A DNA stretch of 64,000 nucleotides. Origin: an uncultured Candidatus Saccharibacteria bacterium (GTDB lineage Bacteria > Patescibacteriota > Doudnabacteria > UBA920). Position numbers and translations under genes: made by a program. The stretch covers positions 7,351-71,350 of the forward strand of contig CAZLNP010000003.1 in assembly GCA_964561085.1 (NCBI GenBank), in the 5' to 3' direction. Within the stretch, counting starts at the first letter, position 1, and each line of letters begins with the position of its first letter. Positions 38,421 to 48,456 of this stretch are shown here, piece after piece. The notes beneath the pieces are model-generated. The model was not told where the DNA came from and ran no database searches. It saw only the letters and a program-made list of their open reading frames with translations.

Positions 38421-38433
38421 CGAGTGAAAAAGG

Positions 38434-39714
38434 TTAGTAGCCCTTATAGTCATGCATAGTCAACTGAGCTTCAACCTGTTTGATGGTTTCAATAACCACA
38501 GCTACTACAATCAACATTCCAGTACCACCAAGTGTTAGGGATTGTGTACCAGTCCATTGTTGAACGATGAACGGCAACACCGCTACTAAACCTAAGAATA
38601 AAGATCCTGGCAATGTGATGCGATTCAAGACTTTATACAGGTAAGCTGCTGTCTGTTGTCCTGGGCGAAGACCAGGAACAAATCCACCACTACGTTGCAT
38701 ATTTTCTGCCACATCATCAGGGTTAACAATAATGTTTGTGTAGAAATAAGTGAATGCTACCACCAACACGAAGTAAACTACTCCATACCAAAGCCCTTGA
38801 GTATTAGTGAAGTTAATTACTGCTTGTGCCCATTCAGCTAGCATCGCACTTTTTGCATTCAAGAAGAACTGAGCAATAATCGCTGGGAAAAGCATCAAAG
38901 ATAGAGCAAAGATAATCGGAATAACACCAGCCTGGTTCAAACGCATCGGCAAGTGAGAATCTACTCCCCCAACCTGTCTATCGCCGCGCTGTCGTTTTGC
39001 ATAGGAAACTGGAATATTACGCTGAGCCTCAGAAACTAGAACGATTCCGGCAATAACCAAAATTATGGCTGCTGCGAAAGCGATAATAGTCGGAAGTTGG
39101 CTTGGGTCGTAAAGTTGAATTAATGAGCTTAAGCTAGATGGCAATTGAGCAACAATACCAGCGAAAATGATTAAGGAAAGTCCATTACCAATACCATATT
39201 CAGAAATAATTTCACCAATCCACATGATGAACATTGTACCAGCTGTTACACAAAGAAGGGTTAAGAACCACTGGAAAGGGCTAAATGCACCCAAAATCTC
39301 AGCGCCACCCTGGCTTTGCAGCAAACGAATAGTACCAAAACCAGACACAACCGCTAGAGGAATGGTTAAGAAACGAGTATATTGATTAATCTTAGCGCGG
39401 CCTGCTTCACCACTTTCCTTCTGAAGTTCTTTCAAAGAAGGGACAATCATAGTCAAAAGCTGCATGATGATAGAAGCTGTAATGTAAGGACCTACACCAA
39501 GCATAGCAATAGAGAAGTTAGCTAAACCACCACCAGAGAAGATGTCTAACAAATTCAAGAATTGATTGCCTTGGAAGAATGCTTGCAAACCTGAAACATT
39601 AATCCCTGGAATAGGAATATTAACCAAAACACGAGTAGCCAAAAGAAGCGCGATGACCATGAAGATCTTCCAGCGCAAATCTTTAGTTTTCCAAATAAGT
39701 AGTAAAGTATTCAT
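38434..39714 (-). CDS. secY: Preprotein translocase subunit SecY
   Basis: 426 aa, 10 TM helices. GIMPYI-like motifs (GVGPYITASIIMQLL). Confidence 0.9.
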   Translation of the reverse strand: MNTLLLIWKTKDLRWKIFMVIALLLATRVLVNIPIPGINVSGLQAFFQGNQFLNLLDIFSGGGLANFSIAMLGVGPYITASIIMQLLTMIVPSLKELQKESGEAGRAKINQYTRFLTIPLAVVSGFGTIRLLQSQGGAEILGAFSPFQWFLTLLCVTAGTMFIMWIGEIISEYGIGNGLSLIIFAGIVAQLPSSLSSLIQLYDPSQLPTIIAFAAAIILVIAGIVLVSEAQRNIPVSYAKRQRGDRQVGGVDSHLPMRLNQAGVIPIIFALSLMLFPAIIAQFFLNAKSAMLAEWAQAVINFTNTQGLWYGVVYFVLVVAFTYFYTNIIVNPDDVAENMQRSGGFVPGLRPGQQTAAYLYKVLNRITLPGSLFLGLVAVLPFIVQQWTGTQSLTLGGTGMLIVVAVVIETIKQVEAQLTMHDYKGY

Positions 39715-39807
39715 AATAAGAAGTGATCTTTATATTTCTATTGATATTATACAGGAAAAGCAATAAACGCGCTCTATGTATTAATAGCTGCGCGTTTTAT
39801 TGCTGAG

Positions 39808-40245
39808 TTATTTAGAAAGAGTTCCACCAGCTTTTTCAATGGTTTCCTTCGCAGTACCAGATACAGAAACCTTGAAAGTCAATTTACGGGCAAGCTTTCC
39901 TTGTAAAATCTTAACGCGCTTAGCACCAGTTGGTACAAGACCATGAGCTCTCAATGTAGCTATAGTCACAATATCGCCATCTTTGAAGACAGATAGAGCA
40001 TCTAACTTGATAGCAGTAGCTTTTTCAGCCAAGCTCTTAAATCCACGAAGTTTTGGCAATTGACGAACCAACGGCTGACGACCACCTTCAAATCGAGCTG
40101 GCATCTTTGAGTGACCAGTACGCTTGGTCTGTCCCTTATTACCACGAGTGGAATAAGTTCCGTGTCCACTACCAATACCACGACCGACTACTTTGCGGCG
40201 CTTTGTGGATTTTGGATGTTTACGTAATTGATGAAGTTTGATCAT
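39808..40245 (-). CDS. rplO: Ribosomal protein L15
   Basis: GRGIGSGHG...GNKGQ motif. Adjacent to rpsE with no L30 gene between them. Confidence 0.9.
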   Translation of the reverse strand: MIKLHQLRKHPKSTKRRKVVGRGIGSGHGTYSTRGNKGQTKRTGHSKMPARFEGGRQPLVRQLPKLRGFKSLAEKATAIKLDALSVFKDGDIVTIATLRAHGLVPTGAKRVKILQGKLARKLTFKVSVSGTAKETIEKAGGTLSK

Positions 40246-40275
40246 AAAATTAAGCTTATTTAAAGTGAGCGGAAA

Positions 40276-40779
40276 TTATTTACGGCTAGCTAGAATAGTT
40301 TCTTTGCTGCGCATCAACTTGAAGGCTGCAAAAGTAGCACGAACGTTATTAACTTTGTTGTTAGAACCAAGCATTTTAGAGATAACATTCTTCACACCAG
40401 CCATGTCTAGTACTGAACGAACAGCACCACCAGCAATCACACCAGTACCTGGACGAGCTGGCAACATGATGATTTGGCTAGACTTATACTTTAGCTTGAT
40501 TTCATGTGGGATAGTATCGTTAACCAATGGCAAAGTAATCATGTTCTTTTTTGCTTCGTTTACTGCCTTGTTCACAGCTTCAGCAACGTCATTACCTTTT
40601 CTCAAGCCAATACCAACACGACCCTTGTGATCACCGATCACAATAAGCGCGCGGAAACGCATACGTTTTCCACCACCGGTCACACGAGTTACACGCTTAA
40701 CTTCAACCACTTTTTGGTCAAATTCACGTACAGGTCGTTCGCCACGATTATTAGGTTTTCTTGGTCTCTTGTCCATCAT
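40276..40779 (-). CDS. rpsE: Ribosomal protein S5
   Basis: VKRVTRVTGGGKRMRFRALIVIGDHKGRVGIG. Confidence 0.9.
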   Translation of the reverse strand: MMDKRPRKPNNRGERPVREFDQKVVEVKRVTRVTGGGKRMRFRALIVIGDHKGRVGIGLRKGNDVAEAVNKAVNEAKKNMITLPLVNDTIPHEIKLKYKSSQIIMLPARPGTGVIAGGAVRSVLDMAGVKNVISKMLGSNNKVNNVRATFAAFKLMRSKETILASRK

Positions 40780-40800
40780 AATGTTATTGATAATTTCCTA

Positions 40801-41160
40801 TTAAAACGCTAGTCCACCAGTACGAGCAGCTTCAGCCAATGCCTTCACGCGGCCATGATAACGGTATCCACCGCGATCAAATACTACCGTAGCAATTCCT
40901 TTAGCTTTTGCTTTTTCAGCAATCGCTGTTCCTACTTGAGTAGAAAGATCAGACTTTGCAGCCTTAGTCTTAATCTCAGCAGAACTTGCAGCAGCTAAAG
41001 TTTTACCAGAAGCGTCGTCAATAATTTGAGCGTAAATATGAGATGCTGAACGGAAAACGGTTAAACGCGGGCGTTCTGTAGTGCCGATAACGACACTGCG
41101 GACGCGGGCGTGGCGACGTTCTCGCTTAGCTCTTTTTAAAATTTCTTTATTGGTTGTCAT
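40801..41160 (-). CDS. rplR: Ribosomal protein L18
   Basis: [20 protein letters not shown]. Confidence 0.9.
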   Translation of the reverse strand: MTTNKEILKRAKRERRHARVRSVVIGTTERPRLTVFRSASHIYAQIIDDASGKTLAAASSAEIKTKAAKSDLSTQVGTAIAEKAKAKGIATVVFDRGGYRYHGRVKALAEAARTGGLAF

Positions 41161-41177
41161 AAAATTATTTCTCTAAA

Positions 41178-41771
41178 TTATTTTCCGACGGCCTTAACGA
41201 CTTTACCAGCCTTACGGACAATTACTTCATCACTATACTTAATACCTTTACCCTTGTAAGGCTCAGGCTTCTTTAATTCGCGAATGTTAGCAGCCACTTG
41301 GCCAACTAATTGCTTATCAATTCCGGTTAAAGTCACTGTAGTTTGATATTGTAAAATAGTCACTTTAGCTGGATCTTTTTCTACCTTTACTTCCACACCG
41401 GGCGCAATTTCAAAATCAATAGCGTGAGAAAAACCTAAGTTCAATACCAATGTAGTACCACGAACTTCTGCTTTGAAACCAACACCAACAATATCTAATT
41501 GCTTTGTGTATCCAGTACTAACACCATCAACCATGTTTTGCACCAAAGAACGGAACAAACCCCAAAGAGCTTTTTCGCGCTTATCTTCGTGCTTAGCTAC
41601 ATCAACGATAACTTCGTTAGCGCCCTCATTAGCAACAATAGTAACCATCACTTTAGGATGTACTTCTTGAGTTAAAGTTCCTTTCGGTCCTTTTACAGTC
41701 AACACGTTTCCGCTAAGTTCTGCGGTTACGCCTGCTGGTAAGATAACTGGTTTTTTTCCAATACGGCTCAT
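41178..41771 (-). CDS. rplF: Ribosomal protein L6 (197 aa, slightly extended)
   Basis: MSRIGKKPVILPAGV... Confidence 0.9.
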   Translation of the reverse strand: MSRIGKKPVILPAGVTAELSGNVLTVKGPKGTLTQEVHPKVMVTIVANEGANEVIVDVAKHEDKREKALWGLFRSLVQNMVDGVSTGYTKQLDIVGVGFKAEVRGTTLVLNLGFSHAIDFEIAPGVEVKVEKDPAKVTILQYQTTVTLTGIDKQLVGQVAANIRELKKPEPYKGKGIKYSDEVIVRKAGKVVKAVGK

Positions 41772-41786
41772 ATATATAAAATTAGT

Positions 41787-42179
41787 TTACCAAACTTGGC
41801 AGACTACCTCTCCACCCAAGCGATCTTTACGCGCTTGCTTATCTGTTAATAGACCTTTAGATGTAGAAACAACTGTTATTCCGAAACCACCATTTGTGCG
41901 AGGTACGCGAGTAACTGGAAGGTAGATACGTTGACCAGGAGTACTAACACGCTTAATACCTGTGATAACTGGTTCGCCTACTTGATCATACTTTAAGTTC
42001 AACTGTAAAGATTTAACGCGGCCTGGTAGTTCGTTTACACCACTAATAAAACCTTCAGCCAATAGCACGTTTGCTAAGCTGTGTTTGAACTTGGAGTAAG
42101 GCATCACTAATTCACCCTTGCGAGCTGCAAGAGCATTACGGATGCGAGTTAACATGTCTGAAATTGGATCTGTGTACAT
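41787..42179 (-). CDS. rpsH: Ribosomal protein S8
   Basis: DPISDMLTRIRNA. Confidence 0.9.
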   Translation of the reverse strand: MYTDPISDMLTRIRNALAARKGELVMPYSKFKHSLANVLLAEGFISGVNELPGRVKSLQLNLKYDQVGEPVITGIKRVSTPGQRIYLPVTRVPRTNGGFGITVVSTSKGLLTDKQARKDRLGGEVVCQVW

Positions 42180-42193
42180 AGTGGTTATTTAAT

Positions 42194-42388
42194 CTACCAA
42201 GAAGCCTTTGTTACGCCTGGAATCTCGCCACGACTAGCAAGTTCTCGGAAACAAATGCGGCATAGCGCGAAATCTCTCATGAAGCCAGCCTTACGACCAC
42301 ACTTCCAACAGCGTCGAATTACTCGAGTTGAGTACTTCGGCTTCACTAAACTTCTATTAGCTTTTGCGATTAAAGATTTCTTTGCCAT
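42194..42388 (-). CDS. rpsZ: Ribosomal protein S14, zinc-binding type Z
   Basis: 64 aa with C-x2-C...C-x2-C (CWKCGR...CRICFR). Confidence 0.85.
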   Translation of the reverse strand: MAKKSLIAKANRSLVKPKYSTRVIRRCWKCGRKAGFMRDFALCRICFRELASRGEIPGVTKASW

Positions 42389-42397
42389 GTTGGTTAA

Positions 42398-42952
42398 TTA
42401 TTGTTTTTCAACTTCTTTGATAAAAGGGAAATTCATTGCTGTAAGTAATGCGCGAGCCGGTTCATCTTTACCTGCGTTAGTCACAATTGAGACTTGCAGA
42501 CCAAAGATGTGTTCAAGCGCATCGTTAGAGATTTCTGGGAACACAATATGTTCTTTCAATCCCAAGTGATAGCTTCCTCGACCATCGAATCCTTTCGGAG
42601 ACACACCTCGGAAGTCCTTCACACGAGGCATTCCTACGCTAATCAGCTTATCTAGGAATTCGTACATGCGTTGGCCACGAAGTGTTGCTGCCATACCGAC
42701 CACTTGCTGTTCGCGGATTTTAAAACCAGCAACTGATTTGCGAGCTTTAGTTTCCACTGGAGCTTGGCCAGCAATCGCAGTTAAGTCTCGTTTGATACTT
42801 TCTACGAACTTGGAATCCTTCAGGAACTTACCGATACCAACGTTGATAACGATTTTCTGAATGCGTGGAACTTCCATGCTGTTTTTGTATCCGAACTCTT
42901 CTTTGAGCTGTGGGACAATCTCTTTATTATATTGTTCTTGTAAACGGTTCAT
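42398..42952 (-). CDS. rplE: Ribosomal protein L5
   Basis: MNRLQEQYNKEIVPQLKEEFGYKN... Confidence 0.9.
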   Translation of the reverse strand: MNRLQEQYNKEIVPQLKEEFGYKNSMEVPRIQKIVINVGIGKFLKDSKFVESIKRDLTAIAGQAPVETKARKSVAGFKIREQQVVGMAATLRGQRMYEFLDKLISVGMPRVKDFRGVSPKGFDGRGSYHLGLKEHIVFPEISNDALEHIFGLQVSIVTNAGKDEPARALLTAMNFPFIKEVEKQ

Positions 42953-42972
42953 ATAATTAAATTTAATCTGTT

Positions 42973-43296
42973 CTAAACAGCTTTCCCACTCTTACGAGCA
43001 ATTCGTTGCTTAGTGCCATCTTCTAGAGTCTGGTATCCAACACGAGTTGGTTTTCCTGAGTTACTATCGATAAGCATTACCTTCGATACATGCATAGCTC
43101 CAGCAAAGGTGATCTTCTGACCAGGTTGACGGGCAGTTTTACCCTTTTCAAACTTGGTATGCATATTAGCATTCTCAACAACAACCTTACCAATGGTAGG
43201 AAGTGCGCGAAGTACTGTACCAGTCTTACCCTTATCTTTACCAGATAGGATTTTAACTGTATCGCCTTTTTTAATTTTCATCTTAAGCTGTGTCAT
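42973..43296 (-). CDS. rplX: Ribosomal protein L24
   Basis: KIKKGDTVKILSGKDKGKTG (KOW motif). Confidence 0.9.
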   Translation of the reverse strand: MTQLKMKIKKGDTVKILSGKDKGKTGTVLRALPTIGKVVVENANMHTKFEKGKTARQPGQKITFAGAMHVSKVMLIDSNSGKPTRVGYQTLEDGTKQRIARKSGKAV

Positions 43297-43304
43297 ATAT
43301 AGAA

Positions 43305-43676
43305 TTAAATAACTTCAGGAGCCATGGATACAATTTTGTTGTATCCTTTATCTCGGATTTCACGAGCGATTGGACCAAAGATACGAGTACCTTTAGGTTC
43401 GCCTTTTTCTTTATCAACAAGTACACCAGCATTTTCATCAAATCGGATGTAAGACCCATCTTTACGACGAATTTCTTTCTTAGTGCGAACAATTAAAGCG
43501 TGAACTTTATCACCTTTTTTAACTTGTCCACCAGGAGAAACCTGTCGTACAGAACCAGAAATGATATCACCAACACCAGCAAAGCGGCGGTGATTCTTTC
43601 CGTTCACGCTGAATACATTGACGATTTTAGCGCCAGTGTTGTCTGCGATTTTAATTAAGGATCTTACTTGTAACAT
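43305..43676 (-). CDS. rplN: Ribosomal protein L14
   Basis: [17 protein letters not shown]. Confidence 0.9.
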   Translation of the reverse strand: MLQVRSLIKIADNTGAKIVNVFSVNGKNHRRFAGVGDIISGSVRQVSPGGQVKKGDKVHALIVRTKKEIRRKDGSYIRFDENAGVLVDKEKGEPKGTRIFGPIAREIRDKGYNKIVSMAPEVI

Positions 43677-43707
43677 GTTTTTAAATTAAGTTAGTTAGGT
43701 AAATTGA

Positions 43708-44001
43708 TTAAGCAACTGTTTCTACTGGAGCGTCGCTATGAATTTCTTCGTGAGGAGTCATATTTTTCACGATTGTGAAAGATTTGTCTTTACTCTTTGG
43801 AGCACAAGATTCGATTACTACGCGATCACCAATGTGAGTAGCGTTTGATTCATCGTGAGCTTTGTACTTTTGAGACTTAGTATAACTTTTGTGATACTTA
43901 GGGTGGCGCATGCGCACATCAACCTTGACCACAACAGTCTTTTCCATCTTATTCGAAACAACCACTCCGGTCATTTGCTGTTTTGTTGATTTCTTTTCCA
44001 T
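43708..44001 (-). CDS. rpsQ: Ribosomal protein S17
   Basis: MTGVVVSNKMEKTVVVKVD. Confidence 0.85.
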   Translation of the reverse strand: MEKKSTKQQMTGVVVSNKMEKTVVVKVDVRMRHPKYHKSYTKSQKYKAHDESNATHIGDRVVIESCAPKSKDKSFTIVKNMTPHEEIHSDAPVETVA

Positions 44002-44023
44002 AAGTATTAATTAGTTAACTAGG

Positions 44024-44206
44024 TTAGTTTGCTCTTAAGTAAGTCAGGATACGAGCGATATCTTTGCGAACTGTAGATAGTTCACGAACATTCTTGATTT
44101 GACCCATTCTCTTCTTTAGATTTAACTCCAAAGCTTTTGAACGAAGTGTCTCTAGCTCCTTGCGGAGTTGAGTGTCATCTTTTGCTGATAATTCTTTGTA
44201 CTTCAT
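44024..44206 (-). CDS. rpmC: Ribosomal protein L29
   Basis: 60 aa, L29-like helical protein. Position between S17 and L16 matches. Confidence 0.8.
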   Translation of the reverse strand: MKYKELSAKDDTQLRKELETLRSKALELNLKKRMGQIKNVRELSTVRKDIARILTYLRAN

Positions 44207-44210
44207 AGGG

Positions 44211-44618
44211 TTAATCTTTAATCAAGAATTTAGTTCGCACAGGCAACTTGTGGGCTGCCAAACGCATAGCTTCACGGGCTTGAGCTTCTGTAACTCCATC
44301 CATTTCATACAAGATGCGACCTGTTTTTACAACAGCCACAAAGTGAGATACAGCACCTTTACCGCTACCCATCACAGATTCATTTCCATGATCAGTCATT
44401 GGTTTATCCGGGAAAATTCGAATCCAAATCTTTCCACCACGGTTGATGGAACGAGTCATAGCACGACGAGCAGATTCAATTTGGCGAGCAGTTACGAACG
44501 ATCCTTCTAACGCTTTAAGCGCGAAGCTACCGAAAGCAATTGTGTTGCCAGACATGGATTTGCCTTTGTTATTACCGCGATGGTGTTTGCGGTGTTTGAC
44601 TTTCTTCGGAATTAACAT
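44211..44618 (-). CDS. rplP: Ribosomal protein L16
   Basis: [15 protein letters not shown]. Confidence 0.9.
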   Translation of the reverse strand: MLIPKKVKHRKHHRGNNKGKSMSGNTIAFGSFALKALEGSFVTARQIESARRAMTRSINRGGKIWIRIFPDKPMTDHGNESVMGSGKGAVSHFVAVVKTGRILYEMDGVTEAQAREAMRLAAHKLPVRTKFLIKD

Positions 44619-44657
44619 AATAAACTAATGATTGATAATAGAAATAAATTAGATAAG

Positions 44658-45332
44658 TTACTTAACGTCTTCAGTTACTGTAGGTTTAATCTCTTTGCGT
44701 TCAAACACATCACCTTTGTAGATCCATACTTTGATACCAAGTGTACCGTATGTAGTGTGTGCTGTAGCTTTAGCATAATCAATGTCTGCGCGTAGAGTGT
44801 GCAAAGGGATTTTACCGCTTGATAGATGTTCGGAACGAGCAATTTCTGCACCGTTTAAACGTCCGCCAATTTGGACTTTAATACCTTTAGCTCCAGCTTG
44901 CATAACTGATTCAAGAGATTGTTTCATTAAACGACGGAATGCTACACGCTTTTCAAGTTGTTCAGCAATAGAACCAGCAATTACAGCAGCGTGCATATTC
45001 ACATCTCGGATTTCCTCAATGTTTACTTTAAGCTCTTTCTTGATCTTCAATTTCGTCTTGATTTTCTTCTTGAGCTCTTCAATTCCAGCACCACCCTTAC
45101 CGATAATCAAACCAGGTTTTGTAGTTCTGATGATTACAGTAATAGTACCGTCATTAAGTCGTTCAATATCAATACGAGCAAGACCAGCTTTGCGTAAATG
45201 TTCTTCTAAATATTCACGGATTCGAACATCTTCACGAAGCTGTTCAACATAGTTAGATTTAGAAAACCACTTAGACTTCCAGGTCTCGGTGATATTCAAT
45301 CGATATGAAGTTGGATTAATCTTATTTCCCAT
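44658..45332 (-). CDS. rpsC: Ribosomal protein S3
   Basis: KH domain plus S3 C-terminal domain (GIKVQIGGRLNGAEIARSE). Confidence 0.9.
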   Translation of the reverse strand: MGNKINPTSYRLNITETWKSKWFSKSNYVEQLREDVRIREYLEEHLRKAGLARIDIERLNDGTITVIIRTTKPGLIIGKGGAGIEELKKKIKTKLKIKKELKVNIEEIRDVNMHAAVIAGSIAEQLEKRVAFRRLMKQSLESVMQAGAKGIKVQIGGRLNGAEIARSEHLSSGKIPLHTLRADIDYAKATAHTTYGTLGIKVWIYKGDVFERKEIKPTVTEDVK

Positions 45333-45354
45333 AGGGGTAAGTAAACTTGATGAA

Positions 45355-46005
45355 TTATTTATTTAAGTTCTGCGGACTAGTCTTTTCTTCTACTAGGTCT
45401 GCGTTGTTCTCGTTATGAGTCTCTTTAACTTTAGTATCTTCCTGGTGCTTAGTTTCTACCAATACTTCAGATTCTGGATTAACCGCCGGATTCTCTTCTA
45501 GCTTATCTTTTGGTTCAGGACGAACTACTTTAGGAACAACAGCTTTAGCTTTCTGCTTCTTCTTAAGCTTCACCGCTCGTTCTTCCAAAATAACGTTTAC
45601 ATGAGACATCTTGCGACGGATCATGAAAGCACTACCTCGAGCGCGTGGGAAGGAACGTTGTAGTACCGGGCCCATGTCGCAAGTAAGCTCTTTAATGAAC
45701 AAGCTATCGCGGTTCATAGAAAAGTTATTTTCAGCATTAGCAGCTGCAGATTGCAAAAGCTTTTGTAGCATCACAGCACCCTTTTTATTAGTAAAGGATA
45801 GCTGAGTCATTGCTTCGTTCAAACGCATATCTTTTACTAAGTTAGTAACAAGACGCATTTTACGAGGAGCAATACGAAGGCTACGAGCATGAGCGCGAAC
45901 CAACTGCTTTGGAGCAGGAGTTGCAACTTCTGCTTTTGCTTTAGCAGTAGTAGCTTTAGCAGGAGCTTTCTTTGCAGTATTCAGTTTTTCAGCTTTATCA
46001 GCCAT
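45355..46005 (-). CDS. rplV: Ribosomal protein L22 with long N- and C-terminal extensions
   Basis: 216 aa versus ~115 typical. Core is VRAHARSLRIAPRKMRLV...AFMIRRKMSHVNVIL. N-terminus is Ala/Lys-rich, C-terminus Lys/Glu-rich. Confidence 0.85.
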   Translation of the reverse strand: MADKAEKLNTAKKAPAKATTAKAKAEVATPAPKQLVRAHARSLRIAPRKMRLVTNLVKDMRLNEAMTQLSFTNKKGAVMLQKLLQSAAANAENNFSMNRDSLFIKELTCDMGPVLQRSFPRARGSAFMIRRKMSHVNVILEERAVKLKKKQKAKAVVPKVVRPEPKDKLEENPAVNPESEVLVETKHQEDTKVKETHNENNADLVEEKTSPQNLNK

Positions 46006-46027
46006 ATCTTTGAATTAGTTAAAACAG

Positions 46028-46345
46028 TTATTTCTTCTTAGCAGGTGCCGCAGGCTTAGATGCAGCTGCACTTGCAGCGGCTTCAGCTTTAGCAATCTTA
46101 CCACCATGACGAATGAATTTACGTGTTGGTGAGAATTCGCCAAGTTTGTGTCCAACCATGCTTTCAGTAACGAAAACATCGATGTGTTGACGACCGTTGT
46201 GAACAGCGAAAGTGAATCCAATCATTTCTGGCCCAATCGCTGAATCGCGAGACCAAGTCTTGATTTTATCACCCGGCTTGCCAGCAAGAACTTTCTTGAG
46301 CAACTTCGGATCGAGGTATGGACCTTTTTTTAAACTTCTAGACAT
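46028..46345 (-). CDS. rpsS: Ribosomal protein S19 (Ala/Lys-rich C-terminal tail)
   Basis: [19 protein letters not shown]... Confidence 0.9.
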   Translation of the reverse strand: MSRSLKKGPYLDPKLLKKVLAGKPGDKIKTWSRDSAIGPEMIGFTFAVHNGRQHIDVFVTESMVGHKLGEFSPTRKFIRHGGKIAKAEAAASAAASKPAAPAKKK

Positions 46346-46364
46346 AATGAATTAATTACTTGGA

Positions 46365-47216
46365 TTATTTCGCGTGCTTGTTAACACGGCGCTTAACAAT
46401 TAGACGACCGCTTGGTTTCTTCTTATCACGAGTACGAACACCCATTGCGTGTCGGCCCCAAGGAGTCTTTGGATACTTCATACCGATAGAGTTAGAACCT
46501 TCACCACCACCATGAGGGTGATCTACCGGGTTCATCACTTTACCACGAACGCTTGGTCTCCAACCCATGTTGCGAGAACGACCAGCTTTACCAATGCGAA
46601 CGTTCATCCAATCTGGATTAGACATTGCGCCGATTGAAGCAGTACAAGTTTCGCGAGCACGGCGGATTTCACCGGAAGGCATCTTTAGTAGAGCGTAGCC
46701 GCCTTCAATGTTCTGTAATAGTAGACCGCTTCCAGCACTGCGAGCAATTTTGCCGCCGTGGCCAGGAATTAATTCTACATCGTGGATTACTGTACTAACA
46801 GGAATTGAAGATAAAGGTAAACGGTTGCCTGGCTTAATTTCAGCAGTATCAGAGAAAATTACTGTATCACCTACTTTAAGTCCTTGCGGAGTTAAAATGT
46901 AGCGCTTAACACCATCTTTGTAAAATACTAGTGAGATGAAAGCTGTGCGAGTTGGATCATATTCAATAGTCTTTACAGTAGCAGGAATATCTTTACGATC
47001 AACACGAGAGAAATCTACTAAGCGAAGTTGCTTCTTTGCACCGCCACCTTGATGACGAACAGTGATTTTACCTGTGTTATTACGTCCAGCTTGCTTGCCT
47101 TTAGAAACAATCAGACCTTTTGGAGTCTTAACTGTTTTGCTCAATACTGCATTGTAATCTACAACGCTAGCAAAGCGACGGCCAGGAGTTATTGGTTTGT
47201 ATAGTTTTACTGCCAT
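46365..47216 (-). CDS. rplB: Ribosomal protein L2
   Basis: 283 aa. GGGEGSNSIG near the C-terminus. Confidence 0.9.
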   Translation of the reverse strand: MAVKLYKPITPGRRFASVVDYNAVLSKTVKTPKGLIVSKGKQAGRNNTGKITVRHQGGGAKKQLRLVDFSRVDRKDIPATVKTIEYDPTRTAFISLVFYKDGVKRYILTPQGLKVGDTVIFSDTAEIKPGNRLPLSSIPVSTVIHDVELIPGHGGKIARSAGSGLLLQNIEGGYALLKMPSGEIRRARETCTASIGAMSNPDWMNVRIGKAGRSRNMGWRPSVRGKVMNPVDHPHGGGEGSNSIGMKYPKTPWGRHAMGVRTRDKKKPSGRLIVKRRVNKHAK

Positions 47217-47220
47217 AGGA

Positions 47221-47625
47221 TTATGATGGTTCTACTAAATCAATTTTCTTACTGTCCGGCTTTAAAGTAACGATTGCTTTCTTGTAAGCAGAAGTTGTGC
47301 CAGTTCGACGGCCAAAGCGACGGGTTTTTCCAGCCACTGTGATCATGTTTACTGTCGCAACTTTCACTCCGTAAAGAGCTTCAACTGCTTTACGAGCTTC
47401 AATCTTGTTAGTCTTCGGTAGTACTGTGAATACGTATTTGTTAATTGCATTCATCTTGCCAGCTTTTTCTGAAATTCGAGGTACGACTAAAGCGCGTGAG
47501 CTAGAAGCATCAAGCGTGATAGTTTTTGCAGGAGTTCCTTCAGTAACTACTGCTGTAGCTTCTGCTACAACTGGAGTTGCTTCTGTTTCTTCTGCTGTAT
47601 TCTCTTTTTTAGAAAAAATTGCCAT
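47221..47625 (-). CDS. rplW: Ribosomal protein L23 (N-terminal extension)
   Basis: 134 aa. Core is PRISEKAGKMNAINKYVFTV. Confidence 0.85.
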   Translation of the reverse strand: MAIFSKKENTAEETEATPVVAEATAVVTEGTPAKTITLDASSSRALVVPRISEKAGKMNAINKYVFTVLPKTNKIEARKAVEALYGVKVATVNMITVAGKTRRFGRRTGTTSAYKKAIVTLKPDSKKIDLVEPS

Positions 47626-47647
47626 TGGGATAAATTAGTAGAGTAAA

Positions 47648-48418
47648 TTATTTAACGGTTTCTTTAACTTCTTTTGCTGTTTTAGCAGCAGGAGCTTTCT
47701 TAACTGTGGTCTCCTTAGCTACTGTCTTTTTAGCTGCTGCTTTAACTGATTTTGCAGACTTCTCGTAATTAGCGTTAGCTTTTAGATAAGTCTTTTCAAT
47801 CACTTCTAGGCTCTCCTTAAGGATTACCATTGTATCAGCTTTTAGGATATCTGTTACATTCAAACTTGCTGCTATTGTAGATTCCAGATTTGGGATGTTA
47901 CGAGAAGCGCGGACTAATTCTTGTTGCTTCTTAGGCATTACAAGTAATTGCTTTTTGCCCAAGCCATTTAGCTTGCTCTCAAATGAAGCCATCACTTGTA
48001 CAAAGTTTTTAGTCTTTGCGTTTTCAATGTTCATTCCTTCAACAACAATTAGCTTACCATCATTGAATTTGTCAGAAAGTGACATAAACAATGCTTTAGT
48101 CTTAGCTTTCTTGTTAATCTTCAATGACCAGTTACGATCTGAAGTTGGACCAAAAGTAATTCCACCATGACGCCAGATAGGGCTACGAGTAGAACCTACA
48201 CGAGCGCGGCCAGTACCTTTTTGCTTCCAAGGTTTCTTACCACCACCACTAACCTCACCGCGAGTCTTGGTGTTAGCCAAGCCCTTACGAGCGTTAGAAG
48301 CCTGAACACGTACGGATTCAGCAAGCAAATGAATAGATGGCTTAACACCATAGATCTTTTCATTCAACTCGATTTCGCCGACTACTTCAGCTTTTTGATT
48401 GTAAACAGAAATTTTCAT
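47648..48418 (-). CDS. rplD: Ribosomal protein L4 (C-terminal Ala/Lys-rich extension)
   Basis: 256 aa. GGGKKPWKQKGTGRAR. Confidence 0.9.
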   Translation of the reverse strand: MKISVYNQKAEVVGEIELNEKIYGVKPSIHLLAESVRVQASNARKGLANTKTRGEVSGGGKKPWKQKGTGRARVGSTRSPIWRHGGITFGPTSDRNWSLKINKKAKTKALFMSLSDKFNDGKLIVVEGMNIENAKTKNFVQVMASFESKLNGLGKKQLLVMPKKQQELVRASRNIPNLESTIAASLNVTDILKADTMVILKESLEVIEKTYLKANANYEKSAKSVKAAAKKTVAKETTVKKAPAAKTAKEVKETVK

Positions 48419-48456
48419 AATCTAGATTAATATATAGAGTAAAGATAACTCGCTAC

